DNA of 64,000 nt, from positions 154,488 to 218,487 of the forward strand of contig NW_021835989.1 of the NCBI RefSeq assembly GCF_006345805.1, read 5' to 3'. Position 1 is the stretch's first letter, and every line of letters starts with the position of its first letter. Positions 35,987-49,639 of this stretch are shown piece by piece. Position numbers and translations under genes: made by a program. The notes under the pieces are model-generated. The model saw only the letters and a program-made list of their open reading frames with translations. It was not told the origin of the DNA and made no database searches. This DNA is from Octopus sinensis (taxonomy: Eukaryota).

Positions 35987-37797
35987 AACCTAAAAACTTT
36001 AACTTTATTAACCTAAAAACTAAAAAATTAACCCAAAAATTTAACTTTATAAATAAACAACAAAACACTAAACTGTTTGTTGCACATACAAATTACATAA
36101 TTTTCTAAATTTTCTTGTAGAAAATTTCGGTTGGATCTTAGAAAACTCTTTATTAGAGAGAAAGTTCTTTCAACCGAGCAAGAGGTCGGCTGACAATTCA
36201 GAAGTAATGCATACTCGGCAGGAGATATTTGTGAATTAGTCATTTTAATTATATTCGAAATATCGTTTGTTTTAATCCTTTTAATTATGTATTCTTTGAT
36301 AAATTTGTTGTCATTCCCAAATTCCAACGATTCTAAACAATAATATGCTTGTTCAATTGTGAAGCGCGTACTTTCAAATTTCGTAATAATATCTGCAATA
36401 GCGACATTTACTCGAAAACCTGGAATGTTTGAATAGCTTCGGATAAGGTCACATAGACTGCTCACTAATACATGGTTTCGAAGACTTTCTTTGGCTGTTC
36501 GAACTAGATATCCATCATCCGCGAATGATTCGAAAATATTTTGTACTCCAATCAGATTTTCTGAATAGTAAGTAGCGGCCTTAAGCCAACTCCCCCATCT
36601 TGTCAAATGCACACGAGGTGGAATGGCGATGTTTCTGTTTTAAATATTCGTTTTCTTGTATTGTTCTTGTTAATTGCTGCTTGTACAGTAGCAATCATCA
36701 AATCAATTTCCGGATAGGAAGCTTTTATTTTCTCACAACAATTGTGTAATAGATGAACAGTACATGTGACATGGAATAACTTGGGGTACAGATTTTTAAG
36801 TATTTTGCCAGCTAAAACTTAAACATGAAATTTTACCCGATTTCATATAATTTGCGGCATCCGAAATTAACAAAAGGAAATTTTCCCTTTGAACCAAATT
36901 ATTCCGAAGTACATCGTCGACTATTTGAGCAATGATGTTCTTGTTAGGAGCAGATTCTACCGGCTTAAACGATATCAGATATGTTGTTTCAGGAGAATTT
37001 AACGATCCAATCATCACAGCAACGTATCTTTGGCCACGAATTTTTGTTTCATCCGCAATAGCAAAAACCTTTTGATCGCTACGAAATAAAGTAAATTTTT
37101 ATACGCAATTTTTTGTTGAATTATCAATTTTTGATCAATTGCGATTTGATTGACACAACTTCTAGCCTTCGATGGTGAGGGTACTCGCACAGAACCTCCG
37201 TAAAACAATTCTCTAAGCCATGGCATAGATAGTTTGTTTAGCGGAATATCGGATTTAATGAATGCTCTGGTTACTTGTAGAGCCCAATCATCATTTTTGG
37301 CATATTGGTCAATATTTGTTTGGTGTGATGTGGTCAGATAATCTACAAAAAATAATTTTTATTTCGAATAAACTCAATGAATTTTGATGTTTCTGTGAGG
37401 ATCGATGAGAATTTACAAAATGCCTTTTTTCGCATTTAATATTACACAAACAGAGACGACAATATAATACACCATCCTCAAGAATCATAAATTCTTGCGG
37501 ATAATCCTTAACAATGGCTTTAGCTTTGATTTGATACGATTTTGCTATCTTAGGCATGTCAACCAAAAATTTTTGTTACAAAATGTATTATTAATTGTTA
37601 ATTTAAAAAATTAATAAATTATATCAAAAATTATAAGGTTAAAATAATTTTAACCTTATAATTTTAAATTTAACTTTTTAACCTAATAATAATGTTTAAT
37701 ATGCATTTATTTATAATAAAATATAGTTAAAAAATCATTTAAATTATTATTTATTTACTATTATTAAATTTTAACTTTTTTAACTTAGTTCGCCCTA
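35981..37797 (-). mobile_element. hAT element copy 2, missing the left TIR; transposase ATG at 37557
   Basis: Same transposase and introns. TCGCCCTA at 37790-37797 followed by CTGATGAC; left end begins inside the subterminal repeats. Confidence 0.92.
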
Positions 37798-37805
37798 CTG
37801 ATGAC

Positions 37806-38770
37806 AGTGCCGCATGTCTGAGTTTTCAGAAATCATATGAAACACATAGAAGTAACAATCTACTAGGATTAAAAAAATTAATAAAATTTTGCGAATTTTG
37901 CTTGTTAGAATTTTAGAAAAAAATTGAAATCGTCACGTCCATACACAAATCCAAAGCAACGAATATGGCCATAATGATTCTTTTCAAGCATAAAAGTAAT
38001 TGCCGAAGCTTTTCGGACAAATCTACCACATGACAGCATCTTCTAGGTTTCCATCGCAGATTCGCTGAAAAAGCTCGCTCGTCTCCCCCGGTCGTTTGTT
38101 TTCGAAAAATTCTTCTACCAATGTCAGTGAGAAGTTGATTCGCTACCTTTTCAACGATGGCCCCACACCGGCATTTGTGAGTCCGGCAAATCTCCAGTCC
38201 AAGTCTGGTGCTGATGCCGATGCGGACAGTATCGTCGTCAAGGTGGGTTCCGACACTATCAACGGGGAGTGCGTTGATCAAGCTCCACTCGATTCGCATC
38301 TTCCAGTCACTAGACAGGCACGTCTGTGTTGGTTTGATTGGATCAGAAGCCTCTTATATTTTCCTCGCAGATGTTCCTGTCTTTCTGCTCAGGCATCATC
38401 CCCCTCGAATGCTCCATGTCTGTGATTTCAGATGATTCAGTTTGGAGTTGGAGAATCATCCTGATCAGCAGTCGGCTGGAGTCCAAAGAGGATAGATATG
38501 CGGGGCAAGCTAGATCTTTCGGAGAAGGGATTCCCAGTCCGCCCAGGTTAACGGGTAGGGTCGCTTGGTCCCACCCTGTGTCGTCAAATTTCACATTGGT
38601 GATGCGTTCAATGGTGGTCCGGAATATCGTCGAGCTGTTGCATTTCCAGGTAGCAGAGTGCGCCCGAAGAACGTAATTCAGTTACTGTGCAGACAAGGCG
38701 TTTTTTAGCAGAAATAGGGAGGTATGTGCGTCCAGCATCTCAAGACGTATGAATGTTGTTTTTAGTTGAT
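37806..38770 (-). mobile_element. CRE-like 3' half, copy 2
   Basis: ORF 37913-38299 INALPVDSVGTHLDDDTVRIGISTRLGLEICRTHKCRCG; duplicate of 21695-22680. Confidence 0.7.
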
Positions 38771-38789
38771 ATTCTTTTGTTATTAGTTT

Positions 38790-41058
38790 TACTAAATCCA
38801 GCAATCCTCTTTTTTAGTTCCCCAAGAGTTATGGCTTTAAATAATTTACACGAGTTTAGTTTGGTCTTCGAAAGATTGTCGATCCTCTTTTTTAGTTCCC
38901 AAAGAGTGCCTTCAATACTTCGCTTTTCAATACATCGCTTCTTCTATCTTCTAACACTCCAAGGTATCTGTAACCTTCCATCCCATCAAGCAATTTAGCT
39001 TCAGACCCAAGGTTTGCCAGATTAGTTGCAGACTTTTCGACATTTTTTTCCAGTCCGACAGCTTCGAAGAAATTATTTACCTCATTCATCATATTCATCG
39101 TTGTATCTTCTTTTTGTGAAAATATTTTTAGATCATCCATAAACAGTAAGTGATTTGTTGTATATGTAATACAACCCTGATCTTGGTTATCAATCATCAC
39201 TTTTGGGTACTTAGCATTCAGAATTCTACTAAGAGGATCCATCACCAGGGAAAAGATTTGAGGTGACAAGGAATCACCCTGGAGTATGCCTCTTTCCAAT
39301 TTAACCTCTCCGATTTCATTATGATTCAGAATTAGCTTTATTCGCCATTTCGTTACAAGGTTCTTCACAAAATTCACAATCCAGCTAGGGAGTCCGGAAT
39401 TTTCAAGCACCTGGAACAGAAAGTCGTGATCTACCGAATCGAACGCTTTCTTTACGTCAATCCAGGTAGAAAGCAAATTATTTCCGTTTTGCTTGTGAAT
39501 GCACCGGTTAAGAATTGCTTGTTCCTTTGCCCCTTGACACATTCGCCGAGTTCCCAATTGATTATCCGCAATCAGATTATATGCCTCAATATAATCTCCC
39601 AACTTCCTGTTAACACATTTCGTTGCAAGCTTATATAGGTTAGACATACAAGTAATTGGTCTCAAATCTTTGGGTCCTTGACAAATATCTTTGGGATGAG
39701 ATATGTGATTCCAGTGTAGAACCACTCATCCGGTATGTATTCACCACGGATTATCTTGACTAGTTCTTCACACAAGTGATCATGGATTAAGGTCATTCTT
39801 TTTAGAAAGAAATTATACACCCCATCACAACAGCTAGCTCTCCAGTTTGGGAGTTGTTTAATTGTTTCAAGGATGCTTTCTTTACTAAACTCTGCAAATG
39901 TATCCTCTGCCCATGTCACTCTCTTGTTAATATGTAACACATTATCGCTCTTCTCATTTCTACTCCATATTTTTTTCCAATATGATAAACATTCACTGTT
40001 ATTAAACATGAACTCTGCACTCTTTCTCTCATCATTTAACTGCGATAGAAACAACGCCGATTCAATTCAAAGAACCAATTCTGTTTCCGAAATTCTTTTC
40101 TTGCATCATGGAGTCGAAGTTTCTTCTCAACAATCTTTATTTCGTCTCCAATGCAAGCAGAAATTCTTCCAAGTTCTCCTTTCTTTGCCTTTCGATATCC
40201 ATATTCACTCAGCGTATCCCTCGTTGCATTATCAAACTTCAAGCTTCCTTTTTGATCAATAAGTGTATTAGTCTGTTCGTATTGTTCTTTAAATTTAATT
40301 AGTTTTGCTTCCATTATTCCTTTCCAGTTGTTATTCTTAGGAGAGTATTTTGTAAGAGCTTGGTATGTCAGCTGTTCAGCATAAACGATATCGGTGATAT
40401 CATTCAAATTGACAGGAGGGTTGGTCTTTATATATTCATTAATCACTGCATTTATTCCAGACAATATTTCTTTTTTAAGTAGTTGATATGGGACTTTTTT
40501 GGTCGGCTTTCGTTTTTTTCGAGAGATAGATTTAACTTGCTCTATTTGGTAAGAAAATTCAATTGAGCAATCTCTAAAATTAGAGATTTCAGTCTTGTGA
40601 TTCTTTTCTTGATCCAATGGAGAGTTAGACTTTGTTCCCGTCATCTTAGCCAGACTCTTCACATTCGCCACAGATTTGGACGTGAGGAACTTTTCGTTAA
40701 AAGCCTGAGTAATCATGGGCCATCCACCACGTGGTATTCTTTTGAATCTTGCTCGAGAAACGTTGACCACTTCATTCGCCCATTTGATCATGTCCACCTG
40801 CGTTACTTGATCGATGATAGCCCGTAGAGTTAACAGATTAGCAGGACAATCCGGTTGCGACACCGAATTTGGAGGGGGAATATCAGATTCTTGCGTTCCA
40901 AGCTGCCCACGGACCACACGATCTACGTTATTATTGGTTTCTCTTTCATTATCTTCCGTAGATAGGTCCATTGGAAATGTTTCATTAGACCCAGTAGAAA
41001 CAAACATGCACGTAACAACAAGAATTTTTTTTATTTCATGTAGCTCATATAGACACAA
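38790..41058 (-). mobile_element. R4/Dong-like retrotransposon, copy 2
   Basis: ORFs 40036-41058, 39662-40054 and 38892-39725 carry the N-terminus and full RT motifs. Confidence 0.87.
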
Positions 41059-41124
41059 TTCTAAAGTAATTTGTTATTTTCAAATAAAAAAAATAATTAA
41101 AACTGACCTAATTTCTGTATAATT

Positions 41125-42620
41125 TTGCCGCTGGTATTGGTGTTATCTAATGTCGCACTTCAGGGCTTATGTCAGGATATTAATGAATACGACAACATTA
41201 AAAAGATATTATGTGGAATTCAAATTGAGGATACCAATACTCAGAGGAATCGCAGATTGCGAAAAAAATCCTCACATTTTTTCGTGAGGAACAATAAGTT
41301 TTACGTTTAATTCTAATTTTATTTAGACTGTTTCTGAAAGGAAATATTGAAAAATTGGTTATTCCTCTCGACTGTGAGTCAGAGATGGAAGCCCACGCCA
41401 GGTCGCTGCATGTGATCTCGCATAAAGGGATAAACAAAATAGAATTTCTCTGCCGTCAAAACTACTTTATTATAAAAAGTAGCGTTATAAGAAAAGTTAT
41501 TACTGAATGTGAGATATGTAAGTTTTCCCTCCCTCTTAAAGTTGTCCTTTTTAAATAACGTTTTAGACTGTTGACGAGAATAATCATGTTTTTGCCGTTG
41601 TTCCAAATGAGCGTTTTCAGATTGATCTGATAGATTTGAAAAGGTTTCAAAGTGTCAACCAAGGATATAAATGGATCTTATCCGTGATTGATATTTATAG
41701 TCGGTATTAATTTATATATAACCAAATTAGTTTCGCCTTTGCAAGGCCATTGCTTAATAAGTCGGCAATTGAAGTATGCCACAATTTGGAGGATCTTTTC
41801 TACGTACATGGGCCATGTAAAATTCTACAGTCGGACAACGGGACAAAATTTAAAAATGCAGAAATTCAAAGTTTATGTCAAAGGTTCAGAATACTTCACA
41901 TTCATGGAAGACCAAACAATACTATTCTACCAATTAATTTTTAGGGTATAGTGGAACGTTTTAATCAAACGATAACAAGATCAATCGTCAAACTTATTGA
42001 AGAAAATGGGAATCATAATGAATGGATGTCGATTCTACAGTATGCAGTTTACTGCTACAATACGACAATGCATTCGTTCTCGAATGAGACACCTTTTAAA
42101 CGCTATCGAGGAATTTCGGGGATAAATTCCTTACATATGGACGAAATCACAGAAGGTGATACATTTAGACTTACTTTTAGACTCAGTGACGAGCTTGATT
42201 GACGATTCAACTATTTCTGAATCCACTCATCAAAGCGGTTTAAATTCATAAATTACAATATTGTAGAATGCTTTAATTTTCAGATAACTCCAATAGGAGG
42301 TGACGACAAATACTACAAGCGTATGAATAGAAGAATGGGTGTCCATTGTTCGAAATATACAGTTATGCTATTGGAGATTAAGTTAAAATTAATGTGAATT
42401 TAATTTAGGTACGATTTGCTAAAGATCACGGAACGAATCCATCTTTGAGACTCGATAAGTTCGAGTCCCAATATTCTGAGACTTGCAAAATAGTCTCAAT
42501 TTTATCAAATTCACGTGTCGAGGTATTCATCAAATTTATGTTTGCATCAAATTTCCCGATGGAAGAAGAACATCCGTATTAATGTCTAGGATAAAAAATG
42601 ATTATCTTTGTTTTTCTCTT
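41125..42620 (+). mobile_element. Ginger/KRBA2-like integrase gene with micro-introns, copy 2
   Basis: Duplicate of 25030-26500. In-frame splicing gives PLK|TVDENNHVFAVVPNERFQIDLIDL and DIYSR|FAFARPLLNKSA. Confidence 0.75.
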
Positions 42621-42893
42621 AATAAAGTTTTCTTCATTATCCAAAGAATATGTCTTAAACAAATAGAAATCACAGTTTCTCTTATTTTTTCCTGTATGTC
42701 ATTAATTGAAATTTGCTGAATTGAAACACATTTTTAATCTGATTAGATACAATATCAAATATTGTCAGCCATCTATGATATCATTATCAAAAAATATATA
42801 ATAGCAAATTTTTTTCAAATCGAGATTCATTTCAACAAATTCCAATAATATCCGTCTATAAATAAATTTAACTTTATGTGCTCTATAATCAAA

Positions 42894-43848
42894 ATGAAAT
42901 CATGTAAAATTTGCGGAGCCAGAGCTAATGGAACACACTATTCTGTCAGAAGTTGTCACGGGTGCAAAAATTTTTTTCAGTATATTTTTGTATAATTTAT
43001 TATTAGAAGATGCATCAACAATAAATACATGTTCTTTTGCAGATTTGAGGGAAATTGCATTTTAACATACAAAACAAGAAATAATTGCAGATTTTGTAGG
43101 CTAAAAAAATGTTTAGAAATGGGAATGACAAAAAATGGTTATTCAATTTATTAACCTTAGAAATTAAAAATACATTTTCAATATCTTATGAGGTACAGAT
43201 ATTTCCAAGCCAGTTTATTACGTACGAAACTGAACTGCAAGTTGAATTATTCATAAAATTGTTAGAAATATTTCGATTTTAACTGTTTAAATTGCTTTTT
43301 AATGAGAACTTGTGTAAGCCAAATTAGAAAAAATTGTTTTCTAAATTTGACCAAAAAATGGATTGAAATTTTGGTTCAAAGTGAAAATCTGATCGCCCAG
43401 ATTGTGGGATCATATATATAATTATTTTTAGGACGTCGAAATGGTCTCCAAGAATTATTTTCATTTCCATTTTTCTAACTGCTGTTTGAGTCAAATTTCG
43501 AAAAATTCTTTCCCACAAACTCACGTTAATATGAATTGTAACAATGGTCCGATCTTAAGCATACTGAAACAGTTTAAAGAATTGTATCAAGCTATTACTG
43601 ATTTACATATTACGAAAGAAGAATATTTCTATTTAAAAATTATTTTATTTTTCAAATTTTGTAAATTTTTAATGATATTCTTAGATTCAGACGAGGTGAA
43701 TGATTGTGAGCCTATACTATTCAAATATCTTGCATTATTAGAAAAAAATTGCATTTCACGGAAAAAATTAATCACAAAAGTTTTAATTTTGTTACCGGAT
43801 TTCGAAAATCTTTCTTTAACATTTAAAAACTTTTTAATTCTCTATTAA
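42894..43848 (+). CDS. Divergent nuclear hormone receptor, copy 2
   Basis: Same DBD including CHGCKN and the same LBD end (LSLTFKNFLILY-stop). Confidence 0.9.
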
Positions 43849-44544
43849 TTTTAAAAATTCTATTAATTTCAAAATTCTATACAAAAATGTCAATAAAACA
43901 ACAGGTATAGATTTAGAATTATCTAATTTGATAAAATATGTGATATCGCTTAAAAAGATTTAGCTGGCTTTTTTACAATTCTTTAAATTCAAATATTGTG
44001 AGAAAATATTGCAAAAAAATATATGCAAATATGCAAAGAAACTTAAATTCAATTGCTTTAGAGAAAACAGCAACCAATCGGTAATATTAATAAATATAAA
44101 TAATCGGTTATAGTATTTCTAGAATCAACAAATATAACTGTAAAACTGGAATTCAATCTGTCTGATCTCTTAGCAAAGTCTCATATTTATTTACCCTAAA
44201 ATTGAGACTAAAAAGACTTTCCACGCATTTAAAACGACCAAGTTCAATCAAACTAAATTGAGAAAATAGACATCAAAATAATTTTAATTTAATTTGCTAA
44301 GAAGCTAAGTGCTCAAACTTTCAATTTGTGATAAACTTAGTTAGTAAAATATTTTTATCAATTATTTCGTTTTCTTCTGATTTTTGAGAAGTGAAACTAC
44401 ATTTTTAATCTGATTAGATACAATATCAATAAAACAACAGGTATAGATTTAGAATTATCTAATTTGATAAAATATGTGATATCGCTTAAAAAGATTTAGC
44501 TGGCTTTTTTACAATTCTTTAAATTCAAATATTATGTAATTCTC

Positions 44545-45130
44545 TCTTTGCGATAGCTGAAAGTTCACTGAATTAATTCACGCTGATGACAGTGCCGCAT
44601 GTCTGAGTTTTCAGAAATCATATGAAACACATGGAAGTAATAATCTACTAGGATTAAAAAAATTAATAAAATTTTGCGACTTTTGCTTGTTCGAATTTTA
44701 GAAAAAATTGAAATCGTCACGTTCATACACAAATCCAAGCAACGAATATGGTCATAATGATTCTTTTCAGGCATAAAAGTAATTGCCGAAGCTTTTCGGA
44801 CAAATCTAACACACAACAGCATCTTCTAGGGTGTCCATCGCCGATTCGCTGAAAAAGCTCGCTCATCTCCCTCCGGTCGTTTGTTTTCAAAAAAATTCTC
44901 CTACCAATGTCAGTGAGAAGTTGATTCGCTGCCTTTTCGACGATTCCAGAGAGTTCAAAAGCGAGGGGGAAATTTAATAGTGTACGAATTACAAAGGTAT
45001 TTCGTCTTCTATGATCCTTTGGCCTGAACATTGGCAGAGCCCGGGTTGCTGACTGTCTTGTGTAGAATCGTCACAGAAAACGAGTTGATTCAAGTGGAAT
45101 CTCAAACCAGGAACTTGCCCTTCCTAAAAG
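44545..45130 (-). mobile_element. CRE-like 3' end with hAT empty site, copy 2
   Basis: Duplicate of 28400-28990; single CTGATGAC at 44583-44590. Confidence 0.65.
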
Positions 45131-45837
45131 AAAAGGTAGTCGCTCTGTCGGGAAAAAAATAATTAAAGTACAAAACAAATTAAATATATTTAAGGAAAAA
45201 AGAAAATTTCTTTTTTCTTGAAAAAGAGTTATTTCCAATTTTCCGTCGATCTTGTTTCTCAAAACCATATTTCAAACTGTGTCGTCTTTGAAGCTGTAGT
45301 TATAACACTAAACCGTAATTAAAGTGATATTTATGAATATTTCAGCGTACTCAGTTGATAACAATGTTTTGAATGATTGCTTAGAATTTCATAATTTTGT
45401 TTTAGAATCCTACAAGTTTCACAACATTGTTAACTATACCCTATGTGGGAGCGGTTGTTTTTTGTTCAGATACAAAAGTGACTTATGATCTAAACACCCC
45501 GGACGAAAAATGTGATGAATTTTTGTATTAACAAATCAGCAATGGCAATTTGATCACAATCTCCTAGACCAGCGGATCTTTTAAACTACTTAGTCATATT
45601 TTCAAAATCTGGTACGATATTAGATGTCGAGGTCCGCAACAACTGACTTAGATTGACATCCGTTGGTCTATTGCGGTATTTGTTCTTAATTTTAGCCATT
45701 TTGGTAAAAATAAGGCACTCAACTCTAAATGTGTTGTCAAATCACTTAATTTCATGATTTAGGGAGTTCGTCCTTATCCAATTGACGATAGATTTCAACG
45801 ATTTTTAAAACATGTTCCATTTTTATTGTTTTGGAAT

Positions 45838-46818
45838 TCAATTTTCCTGATGAATGACATGGCAGATAGCCAGAGTATTGCCTCTGACTATGGCTATAGA
45901 TATTCTTTCGATTAAATACCGGTGCTCACACGGGTCGCCGGTAACCCTTTCGATTAATGAGGCAATGTGCTGGAGTAAGGTCCGAGTAGAAGGCCCTGTA
46001 TTCCTGACGTCTCGACAGCCAGGGGGACAAACACTCTGCCATTCCCAATTCCAGCGTATTTCTCAGCTTTTCTTTCTCAGCCGTTCAGACGGGGCTCCCG
46101 GACTCATTTTTATCGAAAAATGACAAATTTGTTTATTTGTTGTGGTGGTGTAATTTTTTCCCATTTGTGATTTTGTCACATTCATTGTTGTTCTTCATTG
46201 TACTGTCTCATTTTCTGTGTATCCCATTGTATTGTCTTATTTTCTGTGTATCCTATTGTATTCTATTCTAATCTATTCATGGAAAAAGTAGATAATCCCA
46301 CATGCCTTTCTTGCGAAAAATCGAACAGACGGAAACGTGGAATTAATTGCTCGACCTGTGAGAATTTTTTCCATCTTTCTTGTATTGGTCTCAAGAGGAA
46401 GCAGGGATTTGCCCTCCAGACGTGGAATTGCCCTTCGTGCGTAGTTCCTGGATGGTGTCCACCTCCTTTTGCCCTTCCCGTCTCTGATGCAGAGAATTTC
46501 CTGCGATATCTGTCCGCTTTGCGACGGTGCAGGTACATCCCCGTCAGATTCCGAAGACAGTAAGGTTACTTGCTGCGGAGAGTCTTGCCACCTTGATCGG
46601 AAATGTCACGAAGAAACACTCCGACGCAATGCGAAATTGTGACTGTCAACACGGACGAACTTTCCTTTCGTAAGTGGATGACCGAATTCGACAAACTGCT
46701 ACCTGGATGCACCTTCCCCCTCAAAGAAAACTTGATTTTTCTTGGATCTCCTATTTTTGAAAGTGCTATCAAAGCTGTTATGAAGGCTAAAATTTCGGAA
46801 TTTTCCCTTCTCTCTTAA
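45838..46818. mobile_element. Head-to-head CRE-like RLE end (minus) and PHD/RT-end piece (plus), copy 2
   Basis: Duplicate of 29676-30662; ORF 46198-46563 shows the PHD-like finger in one frame. Confidence 0.65.
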
Positions 46819-46998
46819 AAATTACGTTGTGTGGATAGCCTGACGATTCTAAAAGTATAAACAACAACAGTTAAGTACAAATAATTTTAAAACTGAAATA
46901 ATGTACGGAAACGACACCTTAATAAAGATTAAATCCAAAGAATATTAGAATACATAATTTAATAGACTACACGAATAGGAAAAAATAAATAAGACAGT

Positions 46999-49473
46999 CT
47001 ACACATTGGAGACGGCATTCTTAGTGACACTCTCGAGAAAGCCCTCGAGAGCCACATCATCCGTCAACACCAAATACGAGTCCTCACTACTCCTCGAAGG
47101 ATTCACTTTATCAGCAGAAATCTCTCCTGTGACCCATCATGCCTCGTCTGTATCAACCGAGCCACTGGGAATCGACCAACCAATATTTTCTTGCATCCTC
47201 CAAGGGGACAGTGAACAGTTTATCCAGATAGGAATACTCTTGCCTCTTGTGTAGTTGCTGGTCGTAGTAATAGGCCACAGCACGTCCGAAATATATCAAG
47301 ACAGAGAAGAATGTGTCCATCAAGAGAACATGATCCTCCTTTATACTCGAGGCGTCCAGTGGGGCATTCTGCACACAGAACTCGATTCCATTGTTGGTCA
47401 CCAAGAAGGAGTAGGATTTGAGAAACAGGTTGAATCATTATGAGAGAGTTGGTCACATTCTCCGACATGAAAATATGTCTGTTGTAGGATGTCTCGTCGG
47501 GACTGTTTATTACTTGTCCGTGAAAACTGAGACCGACGGAGGTGGAATACAAATTGGGGGACCATTGTGAAACGGGGGTGGAATCTGTACGGACTGAGGA
47601 CAGTTCGCCTGGTAGTCCCCGAATTGAGCACACTACACTTAACCACCACAACAAACCAATTGAACCAGACATTTGTCAAAGTAACGAGCTATTTTGAATG
47701 TATAATCACAACTCGCTTGATATAGACCTTGTCAGTAAAACAGTCCCAGCAAATTGGTCAAAGTAGTGGGGAATCAGGTGACTCTCATTGGGGCCAGACC
47801 AACTAGAACATTCGAGAATAATCCACTACTTTCTAGCCACCGTCGTCACTCGGAGATGTCTTCGTCCATCAGTATGCTGATAGTTGGTCATAAACTGAAA
47901 GTAGGCCTGTCCACTGGGAGTGACATTCTTCTTATTCTCATTCCCGAAATAGAAGGCCAGAGTAGTGCGGGGTGTGAGTGCACATACTTTCCACAAAACT
48001 GTGCCTCCACTCCCAATCACAGTGGAGGACACAGTCGAGTCCTTCTGAGAGTGCGACTGGACATGTCCGATAGCCCCGTTGATGACCAAATCTCCACTCA
48101 CCTTCACCTTCACAGCAGCATTGAGTCCCATTTGTAATTGTCCGTGAGAATCCTGCTGGAAAAGTGCCCGAATATTCTGGACAAACAACTCCGAATCGAA
48201 CGAATCGGCCAGAATGATATTCCCTCTGGCATTACCCAGCATTATACCCAGTCGAGTCCACACACGCCGACATTTCGTGGATGCCCGTCTCCTTGGGAGT
48301 GCACGAAAATATATCCACTGCCTGCCCGTTCTGGGATGCCCTCTCTGCCAGCCGAGAATATGCTACAACACAACACGACTGCCACTTCATTGCTGTGCTC
48401 ATATACTCACAGTTGTCTGTCAATATGTCGTGGTGGGTTCGGATTGGCTTCTTCAAGTCATCACTGCACACTTGCCAGGCCCAGTCGTGCATGGCCCGCC
48501 TGTGAGAGCAGAATTCGCCCTCCCAGGTTAGGAGTCAAACTTCCAGGAGACTTATAGCCAGGGAGAGTGCTGGAGCCTGTTGCTCTCAGTGGGGTGTTTC
48601 CTTCGTCACATTCCACACATCCTGACTCAAATCAGTATCAAATCTCCCAAATGGCATCACATTCCTCCAAACGTTGCAAAATCTAAATATTTTAATACTC
48701 AAACTTATTTCAGTCACAGTACAACTCGATCTACTCGAATCGACATTCTCCAGCCCCAGAAAACTCTACTAAACTGGAATACAGGAATCTGACCTTAAGT
48801 TGGTCCTTTGAGTATGTTTTCGACCCTTGAAGACATAAGCCCGGGCCACATCCTCACAAAAGAGTTCATGAATGTACACAACACGGGAAAAGGAGATCAG
48901 CCCGACATATGCCTGTTGGGGCAGCAGGGCAAGGTGGTGGGAAAGCGTCTCCCTCAGTGACGACATCTCCACTTCATCAAGACACGTGTCCACCACAAAT
49001 AGAAAGACGGAAGGACGTGGTGGAACTTTCTAGAACATTCGAGAACATAAAGAACGAGAGAGAATATATTCCACGGAAGGAAGACAAGTTCAGCAACTTT
49101 GTTTTGTTCCGTCATTCCGTGATATAGTGCGGAGGCATCTACAACTGGTGGGAATACAATTACCATGTTTCTTCCGTGACAAAAACAGCAATCCAGGCGT
49201 GTTCTTGATAGTTGATTTGCTGGAATATACAAGAATAATACCAGTGGAGGTTAAGGTGCCCTCACATTGGTGTGTTGGGCATTTAAGAGGCTCGTAGGGA
49301 AGTTGAATTGTTGTCTTTGGGTTGGCAAGGGGAGTGAGTAGACAGCCCATTGGGATTATTGTACGACTGGCCTCTGTTCGGGATGATGGGAGGAGATTCC
49401 ATGAAAAGCGTACTCCACATGTCTCCTCTGTATCGTTTATAAACTTGTCTAGTGCTCGGTAATGGTCTTCCAT
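46999..49473 (-). CDS. SEC23: Sec23 copy 2 (more frameshifts; intactness unresolved)
   Basis: Duplicate of 30843-33325 with the same start ([11 protein letters not shown]) and end (KNAVSNV). Confidence 0.85.
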
Positions 49474-49639
49474 TTATAATTAAAATGTCGTTTTTATAAA
49501 CCACTAAAGATAATACACGACTTGAATAATTTAATTTTTAATTAAAGATTATTTTACTAAAAAATAATTTTATTTTATTTTTAAAAATAAGGAATTAATT
49601 CACAAAGAAAATGAATTTATTTATCTAAATAACTTATTA

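Noticed and set aside
35270-35988. Many long overlapping ORFs on both strands (also 51472-52733 and across SEC23)
   Set aside because: Shadow frames of GC-rich UTP18 and SEC23 coding sequence.
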